Of a stretch of 37,386 nucleotides of DNA, positions 25,936-34,632 are shown one piece after another. How positions within the stretch are numbered: the stretch's first letter is position 1; each line of letters starts with the position of its first letter. The translations under genes were made by a program, and so were the position numbers. Under the pieces are notes generated by a model, which was given only the letters and a program-made list of their open reading frames with translations, was not told where the DNA came from and ran no database searches. The stretch comes from Dehalococcoidia bacterium (GTDB lineage: Bacteria > Chloroflexota > Dehalococcoidia > UBA2979), in contig SCTU01000205.1 in NCBI GenBank assembly GCA_004297315.1, positions 1-37,386 of the forward strand, given 5' to 3'.

Positions 25936-27144
25936 ATGGACTGGGCAGACACCGCGGACCAGGCGGCTTTCCGAGACGAGGTGCGTGCGCTCATCGGGGA
26001 GCGGCTCCCCGAACGCTACCGCGGCCACCGCGAGGACGCGCACTGGCAGCGGGACCGCCGCTCAGATGATCCCGCGGAGCGCGATGCGGCGATGTCATGG
26101 ACCCGCGCACTCGCGGCTCGAGGCTGGGTCGCCCCCCACTGGCCCAAGGAATACGGCGGCGCGGGGATGACGCCGATGGAGCAGTTCATCTTCAACGAGG
26201 AGATGGCGAAGGCGGGCGCGCCGCTGGCCGCCAGCCTCCACGGCGTCGCCATGCTCGGGCCCACGCTCATCATCCACGGCACGCCCGAGCAACGACAGGA
26301 GCATCTCCCGAAGATCCTCAGTGCCGAGGTGGTGTGGGCGCAGGGGTACTCCGAGCCGGGCGCGGGTTCGGACCTCGCTTCCCTACAGACGCGGGCTGTC
26401 CGCGACGGGGACGAGTACGTGTTGAACGGGCAGAAGATCTGGACCTCGGGCGCGAATACGGCAGACTGGCTCTTCACGATCGTCCGGACCAACCCGGACG
26501 CGCCCAAGCATCGCGGGATCTCGTTCCTGATGGCGGACTTGAAGACCCCGGGGATATCGGTGCGCCCCATCATCAACATGGCATGGGGAGACGACCTGAA
26601 CGAGACCTTCTTCGAGGATGCACGGGTGCCTGTCCGGAACCTCGTCGGCGAGGAGGACCGCGGCTGGTATGTCGGGATGACCCTTCTGGACTTCGAGCGG
26701 TCGGGCATATCGAGCGCCGTCGGGACGCAACGCAGCATCCGCGCGCTCATCGACTACGCGGCCGGAGAGGGCCGGCACCAGTCACGCCTGTCCACGGTCA
26801 CCTCACTCCGGGGCGAAATCGTTGACCGCATGATCGAGTGCGAGGTCTCCTATCAGTTCTCGCTGAGGATTGTTTCGATGCAAAACGCGGGACTCGTGCC
26901 GAACTACGAAGCCTCGTGCGCGAAGCTGTTCAACTCAGAACTCGGACAGCGCATCGCGCGCACCGGCACCAAGGTCTTCGGCCTGTACAGCAACCTGTGG
27001 GCCGGTGACGACGTCAGGAGCCCGATGCGAGGCGCGCACACGCACGCTTATGTCTCGTCGATCCCATCGACGCTGGCAGGAGGATCGAGCGAGATCCAGC
27101 GAAACATCATCGCGACTCGGGGGCTTGGACTGCCTCGGGGCTAG
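25936..27144 (+). CDS. Acyl-CoA dehydrogenase family protein
   Basis: GGAGGAG lies 6 nt upstream of the ATG at 25936. Motifs include QGYSEPGAGSDLASL, KIWTSGANTADW and GGSSEIQRNIIA. Confidence 0.9.
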   Translation: MDWADTADQAAFRDEVRALIGERLPERYRGHREDAHWQRDRRSDDPAERDAAMSWTRALAARGWVAPHWPKEYGGAGMTPMEQFIFNEEMAKAGAPLAASLHGVAMLGPTLIIHGTPEQRQEHLPKILSAEVVWAQGYSEPGAGSDLASLQTRAVRDGDEYVLNGQKIWTSGANTADWLFTIVRTNPDAPKHRGISFLMADLKTPGISVRPIINMAWGDDLNETFFEDARVPVRNLVGEEDRGWYVGMTLLDFERSGISSAVGTQRSIRALIDYAAGEGRHQSRLSTVTSLRGEIVDRMIECEVSYQFSLRIVSMQNAGLVPNYEASCAKLFNSELGQRIARTGTKVFGLYSNLWAGDDVRSPMRGAHTHAYVSSIPSTLAGGSSEIQRNIIATRGLGLPRG

Positions 27145-27240
27145 CGCGAAGCCGCGCCACCCTGACGACGCCCGGCAGCCAGCGCGGCGCCAGCTCTCAA
27201 CACCGAATGCGGCGCGAACCGCGCTCCTCGTGCGTGTTCG

Positions 27241-28071
27241 TCAGGCGGGGCGGCGACGTTCCTCTGTCGCCTGCTCCAGGAACTCATTCCGGCAGCCGCG
27301 TGAGCAGAAGAAGTAGGTGAGCCCATCGCGTTCGCCGTTCACGGCGCGCTCCTGCTCGACGGACATTCCGCACACGGGGTCGGTGGCCATCGTGATCAGG
27401 TCCTTGAATTCGCCGTCCTCGAGCCACAGCACGCGGTCGGCGATGTCTTTGATGCGCTGGTCGTGCGACACGATCACGATGCTGCGGCCCTGCTCCTTCG
27501 CGATGCGGCGCAGCAGGCGCATGATCTCGTGCCCGATCTTCGAGTCGAGGTTCGCCGTCGGCTCGTCGGCGAGGATAAGCGCGGGGTCGTTGGCGAGCGC
27601 GCGCGCGATCGCCACGCGCTGCTTCTCCCCGCCGGACAGTTTCTCGGGCAGGAAGTCGAGGCGGTTGCCAAGGCCAAGGTCGGTCAGCGCGACCGTCGCG
27701 CGCTCGCGCGCTTCGTCTCGTTTCGCCCCCGCCAATTCTGCGACGAGCGCGACGTTCTCCAGCGCCGATAGCGCCGACAGCAGGTTGAAGTCCTGGAAGA
27801 TAAAGCCAAAGCGGGTACGGCGGATCGCCGGGAGTTGACGTTCGTCCAGCGCGGTGAGTTCGAGGCCGTCCAGTTCGATCTTGCCTTCGGTCGGCCGCAA
27901 CAGCGCGCCGAGCATCGATAACAGCGTGGTCTTCCCGGACCCCGACGGCCCCATGATCAGCACCACTTCGCCCTCCGCGACGTCAAGCGAGACGTCGCGT
28001 ACCGCCACGACTTCCGTGGGGCCGGAGCCAAAGCGCTTGCTCACGTGCGAGACTCGCAGGGTGGACGTCAT
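27241..28071 (-). CDS. ABC transporter ATP-binding protein (MacB/LolD-type) with a C-terminal YHS/TRASH metal-binding domain
   Basis: Walker A GPSGSGKT, signature LSGGEKQR, Walker B LILADEPT. The last 49 aa or so (about 27241-27390) read MATDPVCGMSVEQERAVNGERDGLTYFFCSRGCRNEFLEQ, which matches the DPVCGM...YYFCS..C YHS pattern. The ATGA start overlaps the upstream permease stop. Confidence 0.9.
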   Translation of the reverse strand: MTSTLRVSHVSKRFGSGPTEVVAVRDVSLDVAEGEVVLIMGPSGSGKTTLLSMLGALLRPTEGKIELDGLELTALDERQLPAIRRTRFGFIFQDFNLLSALSALENVALVAELAGAKRDEARERATVALTDLGLGNRLDFLPEKLSGGEKQRVAIARALANDPALILADEPTANLDSKIGHEIMRLLRRIAKEQGRSIVIVSHDQRIKDIADRVLWLEDGEFKDLITMATDPVCGMSVEQERAVNGERDGLTYFFCSRGCRNEFLEQATEERRRPA

Positions 28072-29186
28072 CCGGCGCCTCCTTTGAATACGACCGCAGG
28101 GTCGAGGCTCGCGATCTGCCGGATCGGAAGCGCCGCGGAGAGCGCCGCAATCACCAGGGACACTCCAACGGCCTTGAACATTGACGGAGCGCTGATGGCG
28201 AGCGAGATATTCGGCAAGGCGATGGGCACCACCACCGTCAGCAACAGCGTAAGCACGAGCCCCAGCAGGAAACCGGTGACCACGATCGACAGGGCCTGGG
28301 CAACTACCGCGACGTACAGATGGACGTTCCCGGCACCGATGGCCTTCAGCATGCCGTGCTCCGCCCGGCGCGAGAACGTGGCGATGTAGACCGTGAGCGC
28401 CATCACGGCGAGGCCGATCATGAAGCCCACCAGGTTCATGATCGAGCTCACGTCCGTCATCATGTCGTTGACCAGCGCCCGCTCTGCGCGGGCGAAAGCA
28501 TCGCGTGTCTGCGCGGTGGTGCCGGGAGTACTTGCCTCCAGGCGGGCCGCGACCGCCTCAGGAGCGGCGCCAGGGGTGACCTTGACCAGCACATAGCTCA
28601 CCACGGGCGGCCCACCTCGCAACTGGGCGAAGTCCTCGAACGAGACGAATGCGATCGAGTTCGTGAAGTTCGCGGTGCCGCCCGCAAGGCCGCTGATTAT
28701 GAACTCGTGGCCAAGGACCTTCACCCGGTCACCAATCCCCACGCCCGCATCCTCCGCCACCACGCGGTCGATGATCGCCTCGCCCCGACCGGGGATGGAC
28801 TTGCCGGCTGCGATGCGCCAGGGCCCGCCCATCGTCGCGTCGGCGGGCAGTCCGATGATGTAGGCGGCGTGCCGCCCCTCGCCGACCTCGACCATGTTGG
28901 AGAGGTAGAGGATCGGTGTGACCGAGTCGACGTCCGGCAGCCCGCGCAACTCCTCCACGACGGCCGCGGGAAGCGTGGACGTCGCCATGTGCATGTTCCG
29001 CACGCCTGCTTGCGACACGAAGACATCCGCGCCCGACTCCCGCATATACGCGGTGAGACGGCGCTGCGCGCCCTCGACGATCGCGTCAAAGGAGAAGATC
29101 AAGGTGAACGCGAGAGCGACACCGCCGAGCGAAACGGCGAGACGCGCCTTGTTCTGGAGTAGATTGCGGAGCGCGTATCGGAGCAT
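28068..29186 (-). CDS. ABC transporter permease, FtsX/MacB-type (372 aa)
   Basis: N-terminus MLRYALRNLLQNKARLAVSLGGVALA, a large extracytoplasmic domain, and three C-terminal TM helices, typical of FtsX-family permeases. Confidence 0.85.
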   Translation of the reverse strand: MLRYALRNLLQNKARLAVSLGGVALAFTLIFSFDAIVEGAQRRLTAYMRESGADVFVSQAGVRNMHMATSTLPAAVVEELRGLPDVDSVTPILYLSNMVEVGEGRHAAYIIGLPADATMGGPWRIAAGKSIPGRGEAIIDRVVAEDAGVGIGDRVKVLGHEFIISGLAGGTANFTNSIAFVSFEDFAQLRGGPPVVSYVLVKVTPGAAPEAVAARLEASTPGTTAQTRDAFARAERALVNDMMTDVSSIMNLVGFMIGLAVMALTVYIATFSRRAEHGMLKAIGAGNVHLYVAVVAQALSIVVTGFLLGLVLTLLLTVVVPIALPNISLAISAPSMFKAVGVSLVIAALSAALPIRQIASLDPAVVFKGGAG

Positions 29187-29190
29187 CGCG

Positions 29191-30309
29191 TCAGCCTCGG
29201 AAGACGTCGGCGGGTGCCAGCCGCGCGATGAGCCACGCTGGCGCGATTGACGCGAGCACTGCGATCAGAAGGCCGCTCCCGAGACTGGCCGCCACCGTGG
29301 TCGCCTCGACGACTACGAGGAATTGCGGCCGAAGCGCCATGATCAACTGCCCCGCCCCGGCGGCAAGCAAGACGCCAAGTGCGGCCCCGACCAGGGTTGT
29401 GACCAGTGCCTGCGTCGCGACGAGCAGGTAGAGCGTCCTGTTCTCCGCGCCGATCGCCTTGAGCACGCCGTACTCGCGTCGCCGCTCCACTGCCGCCGTG
29501 TAGATCACCAGGCCGACGACCAGCGTGCCGACGAAGAAGGCAATCGTGACCATCAACAGGATCGGGGCGTTGAAGAGCTTCCCCATGAGCGCCTCGTCGT
29601 TGGCGATCATCTGCCTCTTCGACAACGAGTTCGTCCCGGGCACGTCGCGCAGCCGCCCGAGGAGCGCCACGTCCGATGACCCTCGAGCGGGCTCAACGAA
29701 CAGGAAGCTGGCTGTACCGGGAGACACCGACAAGAGGCCTTCGAGGGCGCCCTTCCGGACGAAGAGGTAGTCGACCACGAAGCTGCTGGTCCCGCGCGAG
29801 AGCCCGACGAGTGTGAACGTGCGTCCAAGGAGTGAGAAGCGGTCTCCGACGTGCATGCCGTGACGGCTGGCAAGGACCCGGTCAAAGACGGCTTCATCGT
29901 CCGCAGCCGGGACGCGCCCTTCGCTCAGAAACCACGGTCCGCCGCCGCGCTCTGTCTCATAGCCGATGAGGTACACAGGCTGCTTACGGCCGTGGAGGTC
30001 GAGGATGGCAAACTGCGCGAGGACCGGCGTTACGCGGGCGACGCCATCGATGCGCTGGACAGCCTCATCCGTCCCTGCGGGCAACAGTGAGGTGGTCGCG
30101 AGCAGGTTGCCCACACCCTGCTGAGCCACAACGATCGAGCCGGGCATATGTTCCTGGTAAAGGCCCACCTGGCGGTACATCCCGCCTCGCAGCCCGCTGA
30201 GCAGCACCACGAGCGTCACGGCGAGCGCGACGCCTGCCACACTCAGCCCCAGGCGGGTCCGATTCCGGAGCAGGTTCCGGCTCGCCACGAACAACGTGCG
30301 ACTCGTCAT
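29191..30309 (-). CDS. ABC transporter permease, FtsX/MacB-type (372 aa, paralog of the adjacent gene)
   Basis: N-terminus FVASRNLLRNRTRLGLSVAGVALA with the same architecture. GGAGG lies directly upstream of the ATG at 30309. Confidence 0.85.
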   Translation of the reverse strand: MTSRTLFVASRNLLRNRTRLGLSVAGVALAVTLVVLLSGLRGGMYRQVGLYQEHMPGSIVVAQQGVGNLLATTSLLPAGTDEAVQRIDGVARVTPVLAQFAILDLHGRKQPVYLIGYETERGGGPWFLSEGRVPAADDEAVFDRVLASRHGMHVGDRFSLLGRTFTLVGLSRGTSSFVVDYLFVRKGALEGLLSVSPGTASFLFVEPARGSSDVALLGRLRDVPGTNSLSKRQMIANDEALMGKLFNAPILLMVTIAFFVGTLVVGLVIYTAAVERRREYGVLKAIGAENRTLYLLVATQALVTTLVGAALGVLLAAGAGQLIMALRPQFLVVVEATTVAASLGSGLLIAVLASIAPAWLIARLAPADVFRG

Positions 30310-30318
30310 CCTCCTGAT

Positions 30319-30336
30319 ACTACAGCGTGAAGTAGG
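30319..30336. promoter_or_regulatory. Dyad ACTAC-N8-GTAGG (CTAC-N8-GTAG), candidate BlaI/CopY-family operator
   Basis: ACTACAGCGTGAAGTAGG lies 10 nt upstream of the SD/start of the FtsX-FtsX-ATPase operon, in the region divergent to the Met-rich protein gene. A degenerate copy (CTACTACGGTATGTCGTGG) is at 30456-30474. Confidence 0.45.
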
Positions 30337-30530
30337 TCACCACGGAATCTGGGGCGTTCGCCCCATCTGACGATGTGGCACAGGTAGGCGAACGTCCTCC
30401 TCTTCAAAGGACTTAGGCCCACGCATCAGCCGGTGACAGTGTGCGACGATGTCATCTACTACGGTATGTCGTGGCCTTGCCTCGACACCCGCGCCCTGTG
30501 GGCGCGCGTTCTGGCTGAAAGAGGTGACCC

Positions 30531-30920
30531 ATGGACACACGTGCCCGCGCGATCGTCGGCGTCCTCGGGGCGACGGTCATCGTCCTGGCCGTTGCGCTGG
30601 TCGTGGTGATCGCCCGCGACGATGACGGCAGCACCGCCATGCACGGAGGCACCACGACCCCCTCGATGGGCATGATGCGGGCCATGGGCAACATGGACTC
30701 TGACGCCATGCTCACCCACATGCGCGATGTGCTGGGCAATGACGGATACCAGCGCATGCTCAAGCACATGCAGGGACACCGCGCGGGCGGGCCGATGGCA
30801 GGCGATCCGGCCATCGACGGGATGATGCACCAGATGATGGACGGGATGATGCAGCAGATGCCGGACGACAGCGGCGGCATGATGCCGCGCGCCACTGGCA
30901 CACCGACGGCGACACGCTAG
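30531..30920 (+). CDS. Membrane-anchored Met/His-rich protein (putative extracytoplasmic Cu(I)-binding protein)
   Basis: AAGAGG lies upstream of the ATG. There is one N-terminal TM helix (IVGVLGATVIVLAVALVVVIA). By my count the following 98 residues or so contain about 20 Met and several His, in MxxM / MM / HM clusters (GMMRAMGNMDSDAMLTHM, DGMMHQMMDGMMQQM). Confidence 0.7.
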   Translation: MDTRARAIVGVLGATVIVLAVALVVVIARDDDGSTAMHGGTTTPSMGMMRAMGNMDSDAMLTHMRDVLGNDGYQRMLKHMQGHRAGGPMAGDPAIDGMMHQMMDGMMQQMPDDSGGMMPRATGTPTATR

Positions 30921-31177
30921 CCTCGGCCGGCTGAGGCATGGAGACACCTCGAGTGGACGCGAGGACGACGGACGTCGAAGCCCCCCGGCAGATTTGCCCG
31001 GACAGCAGCCGTCGCAATCCTGCCTTTGAACGCGTCTCGGCCCGCTCCGTCGAAGCCTTCGTGACGGAACAGGGGTTGTTGGACCTCGGCGGCATCCGAG
31101 CAGCCTCACTGGACGCAGCGAGGAACTGACCGTCCGTACGGCTCAGCCGGCTGCGTGACCCTGCAGTCGTGGCCGGG

Positions 31178-33325
31178 TCAGGCCACTTTCTTCCGCTTCA
31201 GTAGTGCGGAATTCACGATGACCGACAGCGAACTAAGGGCCATCGCGGCCGCCGCGATGATGGGGTTGAGCAGGCCGATTGCCGCGACGGGGATCGCTGC
31301 GCTGTTGTAGGCGAGCGCCCAGAACAGGTTCTGTTTGATCTTGAGCATCGTCGCGCGAGAGAGGCGAATGCTCGTCACGACGTCACGCACATCGTCCTTG
31401 ATCAGGATGATGCCGCCCGTCTCTTTGGCCACGTCCGACCCGGACCCGATGGCTATGCCGATGTCGGCGGTCGCGAGGGCGGGCGCGTCGTTCACGCCGT
31501 CCCCGACCATCGCGACGACCTCGCCCGTACGCTGCATCCCGCGGATGACCTCGGCCTTATCCGCCGGCAGGACCTCGGCGATGACACGCTCGATCCCGAG
31601 CTCCGCAGCGATCGCCTGCGCCGTCCGCGGGTTGTCGCCGCTGAGCATCACGATGCCGATCCGGTCCTGGCGCAGGGCGTCGATGGCTTCGCGCGCCTCG
31701 GGTTTGATCGTGTCGGCGACGGCGATGATACCCGCGAGTACGCCGTCGACCGCGAGTAGCATCGCAGTCTTGCCCTGCACCTCGAGGCCGGCCATGGTCT
31801 TCTCGGCCGCGGCGGGATCAATGCCCTCGCGGGTCAGCAGGCGCCGGTTCCCCATCAGGATCGCGTGGCCGTCGCCGCTCCCACGGATCCCGTGCCCCGC
31901 GATGGCCTCGAAGCCGGACACGGCGGGCACATCCAGCCCGCGGTGCGTCGCCGCCTGGACGATGGCGCGCGCGAGCGGATGCTCGGAGCCGGCCTCCACC
32001 GCAGCGGCGAAGCGGAGCAGGTCCTGCTCGGAGACGCCGGCCAGCGGCACGACGTCGGTCACGGCGGGTTCGCCTCGCGTCAAGGTGCCTGTCTTGTCGA
32101 ATACCACCGTGGTGATCTTCTGCGCGCGCTCGAGGATTTCGGCGCCCCGGATCAGGATCCCGGCGTCGGCGGCCTTGCCGACGCCGACCATCAGAGCCGC
32201 TGGGGTGGCAATGCCGAGCGCGCAAGGACAGGCGATGATCAGGACGGCGACAAAGGCGAGCAGCCCCTTCGGGAACTCACCGGCGATCCACCACCCGCCG
32301 AACGCCAGCACAGCGATGCCCACGACGGCGGGGACGAAATACTGCACCACCTGGTCAGCGAGGCGCTGCACCTGTGCCGTGCTCGACTGCGCCTCTTCGA
32401 CCAGGCGCACGATCTGCGCGAGCGCGGTGTCCGAGCCGATCCGCGTCGCCCGGACCCGCAGCATGCCGGTCTGGTTGAGCGTGCCGCCGATCACCGAGCC
32501 ACCCTCGGCCTTTTCGACAGGCATCGACTCACCGGTCAGCATCGACTCGTCGACGGCCGAACGCCCCTCGACGACCGTGGCGTCGGTCGCGATCTTCTCG
32601 CCCGGCCGCACGACGAGGACTTCGTCGACCATGATCGACTCTGCCGGGATCTCTACCTCGGCCCCGTCGCGGACGACGTGTGCCGTCGCCGGCCGCAGGT
32701 CCATCAGCTTTCGGACGGCCGCCGAGGAGCGCGTCTTGATGACCTCCTCCATGTACTTGCCAAGTAGCACGAAGGCGATGATCACCGCCGAGACTTCAAA
32801 GTAGACGTCTCGTTCCTCGATGGACACCGGCAGCACGCGCGGGAAGAACACCACAAAGACGCTATAGACGTACGCCGTCGTCGTGCCGAGGGCGATGAGG
32901 AAGTCCATGTTGATGTTGCGGGTCCGGATCGCCGTCCAACTGCCCTTGTAGAAGGACCAGCCGCCAATGAACTGGACGGGCGTGACGAGGATGAACAGCC
33001 AGCGGCCCCACGTGAACCATGGCAACGCCGGGATCGGCGCCCAGGTCACAATGGTCGCGCCGGCCGCGAGCGCGATGAAGGCGCCGGCTCGGAGGATGGC
33101 GATGGCGACCACGCCGGTCAGCGCGATCGTGACGCGCCTCCGCATCGCCTTGATCTCAGTCTCGGGCGATTCGAAGGTGCGCAGACAGGTCGGGCTGCAG
33201 AAGTAGTAGGTGCGGCCGTTGCGCTCGGCGGTGAGCGCCGTCGACTTCTCGATCACCATGCCGCAGATCGGATCTTTCGCCATCCCGCTCGCGGCAGGCG
33301 GTGACTGCACCGGCGAGATGGTCAT
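31178..33325 (-). CDS. copA: Copper-translocating P1B-type ATPase with an N-terminal YHS/TRASH domain
   Basis: Motifs [24 protein letters not shown] and GDGVNDAP. The N-terminus reads [36 protein letters not shown] (a YHS pattern). No GMxCxxC HMA motif is visible. Confidence 0.92.
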   Translation of the reverse strand: MTISPVQSPPAASGMAKDPICGMVIEKSTALTAERNGRTYYFCSPTCLRTFESPETEIKAMRRRVTIALTGVVAIAILRAGAFIALAAGATIVTWAPIPALPWFTWGRWLFILVTPVQFIGGWSFYKGSWTAIRTRNINMDFLIALGTTTAYVYSVFVVFFPRVLPVSIEERDVYFEVSAVIIAFVLLGKYMEEVIKTRSSAAVRKLMDLRPATAHVVRDGAEVEIPAESIMVDEVLVVRPGEKIATDATVVEGRSAVDESMLTGESMPVEKAEGGSVIGGTLNQTGMLRVRATRIGSDTALAQIVRLVEEAQSSTAQVQRLADQVVQYFVPAVVGIAVLAFGGWWIAGEFPKGLLAFVAVLIIACPCALGIATPAALMVGVGKAADAGILIRGAEILERAQKITTVVFDKTGTLTRGEPAVTDVVPLAGVSEQDLLRFAAAVEAGSEHPLARAIVQAATHRGLDVPAVSGFEAIAGHGIRGSGDGHAILMGNRRLLTREGIDPAAAEKTMAGLEVQGKTAMLLAVDGVLAGIIAVADTIKPEAREAIDALRQDRIGIVMLSGDNPRTAQAIAAELGIERVIAEVLPADKAEVIRGMQRTGEVVAMVGDGVNDAPALATADIGIAIGSGSDVAKETGGIILIKDDVRDVVTSIRLSRATMLKIKQNLFWALAYNSAAIPVAAIGLLNPIIAAAAMALSSLSVIVNSALLKRKKVA

Positions 33326-33413
33326 CGGTCACCCAGCCGCGAGGTGGCCCGAGGCGTGGTTGCGCGGGCGACCGGGCGGGGCGGCCGCATCGCGAGGGGC
33401 CTGGCACATCTGG

Positions 33414-33560
33414 TCATTTCTTGATGTACCGCCCCGGGTCCTGCTGGAACTGACGCGCACACGAGTCACTACAGAAGTAGTACGTCTTGCCTTGCCACTC
33501 AGTCGACGCCGCGGCCGACTTGGGCTCCACATTCATCCCGCAGACAGGATCACGCGCCAC
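33414..33560 (-). CDS. 48-aa stand-alone YHS/TRASH domain protein (not in the ORF track)
   Basis: My translation from the GTG at 33560 is (M)ARDPVCGMNVEPKSAAASTEWQGKTYYFCSDSCARQFQQDPGRYIKK*. The start is 3 nt after the SHOCT gene stop, with GGAAGGGA upstream. Confidence 0.7.
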   Translation of the reverse strand: MARDPVCGMNVEPKSAAASTEWQGKTYYFCSDSCARQFQQDPGRYIKK

Positions 33561-33563
33561 CGC

Positions 33564-33833
33564 TCACCGTCCCTTCCCGCGTTCGGGCTGCTCGCCGAGG
33601 TCTGCGACGATCTGCAGATAGCGCTCGCGGTCGAGGTCACCTCTCGCGTAAGCGCGGCGGGCGATCTCCAATGCGTCATGGTCGGGAGGGGGCGGTGGCG
33701 GCGCGTCGTGACGGCGCCCGAGTTGCGTGGCGATCCACCACCCACCGATCAACAGCGGCAGCCACATGACTGCCATCATGAAGGTCATCCAGAGCCACGC
33801 CCAGCCGCCGAAATCGCCATTCCAATACCACAT
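33564..33833 (-). CDS. SHOCT-domain membrane protein (89 aa)
   Basis: Track ORF 33564-33914. I prefer the ATG at 33833 (MWYWNGDFGGWAWLWMTFMMAVMWLPLLIGGWWI), with GGAG 7 nt upstream. It has a poly-Pro linker and then ALEIARRAYARGDLDRERYLQIVADL, a SHOCT-like C-terminal motif. Confidence 0.65.
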   Translation of the reverse strand: MWYWNGDFGGWAWLWMTFMMAVMWLPLLIGGWWIATQLGRRHDAPPPPPPDHDALEIARRAYARGDLDRERYLQIVADLGEQPERGKGR

Positions 33834-33855
33834 GGCTGCGCTCCGATGTCTTGCT

Positions 33856-33873
33856 CCTACAGGCCATAGTAGT
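33856..33873. promoter_or_regulatory. Dyad CCTAC-N8-GTAGT (CTAC-N8-GTAG), candidate BlaI/CopY-family operator
   Basis: CCTACAGGCCATAGTAGT lies 23 nt upstream of the SHOCT ATG, in the 106-bp gap after doxX. It is positioned to control SHOCT-YHS-copA. Confidence 0.45.
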
Positions 33874-33939
33874 CGGCTCAACTGGCGCCCGGTCAGGGAC
33901 GTTTGACCCACCAATCATGGGACATCCGGCTACCGGCGA

Positions 33940-34632
33940 TCAGCTGGCATTGTGACGCCACGTCGCCCCGGTCGTGACGATCAGCGCCAGTACGGCCATT
34001 GCTGCCCAAGTCTCCGCCCCCGAAACCGCCAGGGCGAGCGCTGCGGCGGCGAGCAACGCGAGCACGAAGAGCATCTCGTGCCCCAGCCGCTTTACCTGTC
34101 CCGGCAGACGGGCCGCCGCCCATGGGACCCCCCAACCGTCGAGGCCGAACCGGCCCGCGTGATGGCCAAAGAACGCCAGCGCGAGGCCCAGGAGCAGCAT
34201 CGGCGGGTTGGTGGACGTCGTCCCAGCCCAGACAAAGGCGAGGTTCATGGTCACGCCGGCGAGCGCGGAGAATCGCGTGAGCAGCCCCACAATCAGGGCG
34301 ATCCCCACGAGAAGCTCGCCGTAGGTGACCAGCACCGCGAGCAACGTCGCGTTCGGAAGAAAGACCTCCTGGACGAGCGTGTGGTACCAGTGCGGGACCT
34401 CCGGATGCGGCCCCGCGGTCGACTTTGCGATCGCGCCCTGCAGGAATCCGCTGATCGCCTTGCCTCGCGGCTCCGCCGTCCAGCCGGGGTCGTCGAGCTT
34501 CTCCCACCCCGCGCGGACCCAGGACACTCCGAGCACGAGGCGAATGAACAGCCACGCCCCGGCCTCGAACCGCCACAGCGACGGCCGTGCGGGCGCCCCG
34601 ACGCTCCCGGTAGGTGCCGGGTGAGGCCTCAC
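33940..34632 (-). CDS. DoxX-family membrane protein
   Basis: The GTG start overlaps the upstream stop (GTGA). The multi-TM profile includes LFIRLVLGVSWVRAGWEKL and LVTYGELLVGIALIVGLLTRFSALAG, typical of DoxX/DoxD. Confidence 0.8.
   Translation of the reverse strand: MRPHPAPTGSVGAPARPSLWRFEAGAWLFIRLVLGVSWVRAGWEKLDDPGWTAEPRGKAISGFLQGAIAKSTAGPHPEVPHWYHTLVQEVFLPNATLLAVLVTYGELLVGIALIVGLLTRFSALAGVTMNLAFVWAGTTSTNPPMLLLGLALAFFGHHAGRFGLDGWGVPWAAARLPGQVKRLGHEMLFVLALLAAAALALAVSGAETWAAMAVLALIVTTGATWRHNAS

Noticed and set aside
30938-31129. 63-aa ORF in the 257-bp convergent gap between the Met-rich gene and copA.
   Set aside because: The SD-like GAGG is only 1 nt from the ATG, no family motif is present, and the region is more simply read as a 3' UTR/terminator zone. 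Conservation would need to be checked before calling it.
33197-33482. GTAGTAG / CTAC-N4-GTAG strings at 33203-33209 and 33469-33480 (also 27313-27316) that resemble the operator half-sites.
   Set aside because: They lie inside coding sequence and are the reverse complement of the Tyr-Tyr-Phe-Cys codons of the YHS motif. The spacing is N4, not N8.
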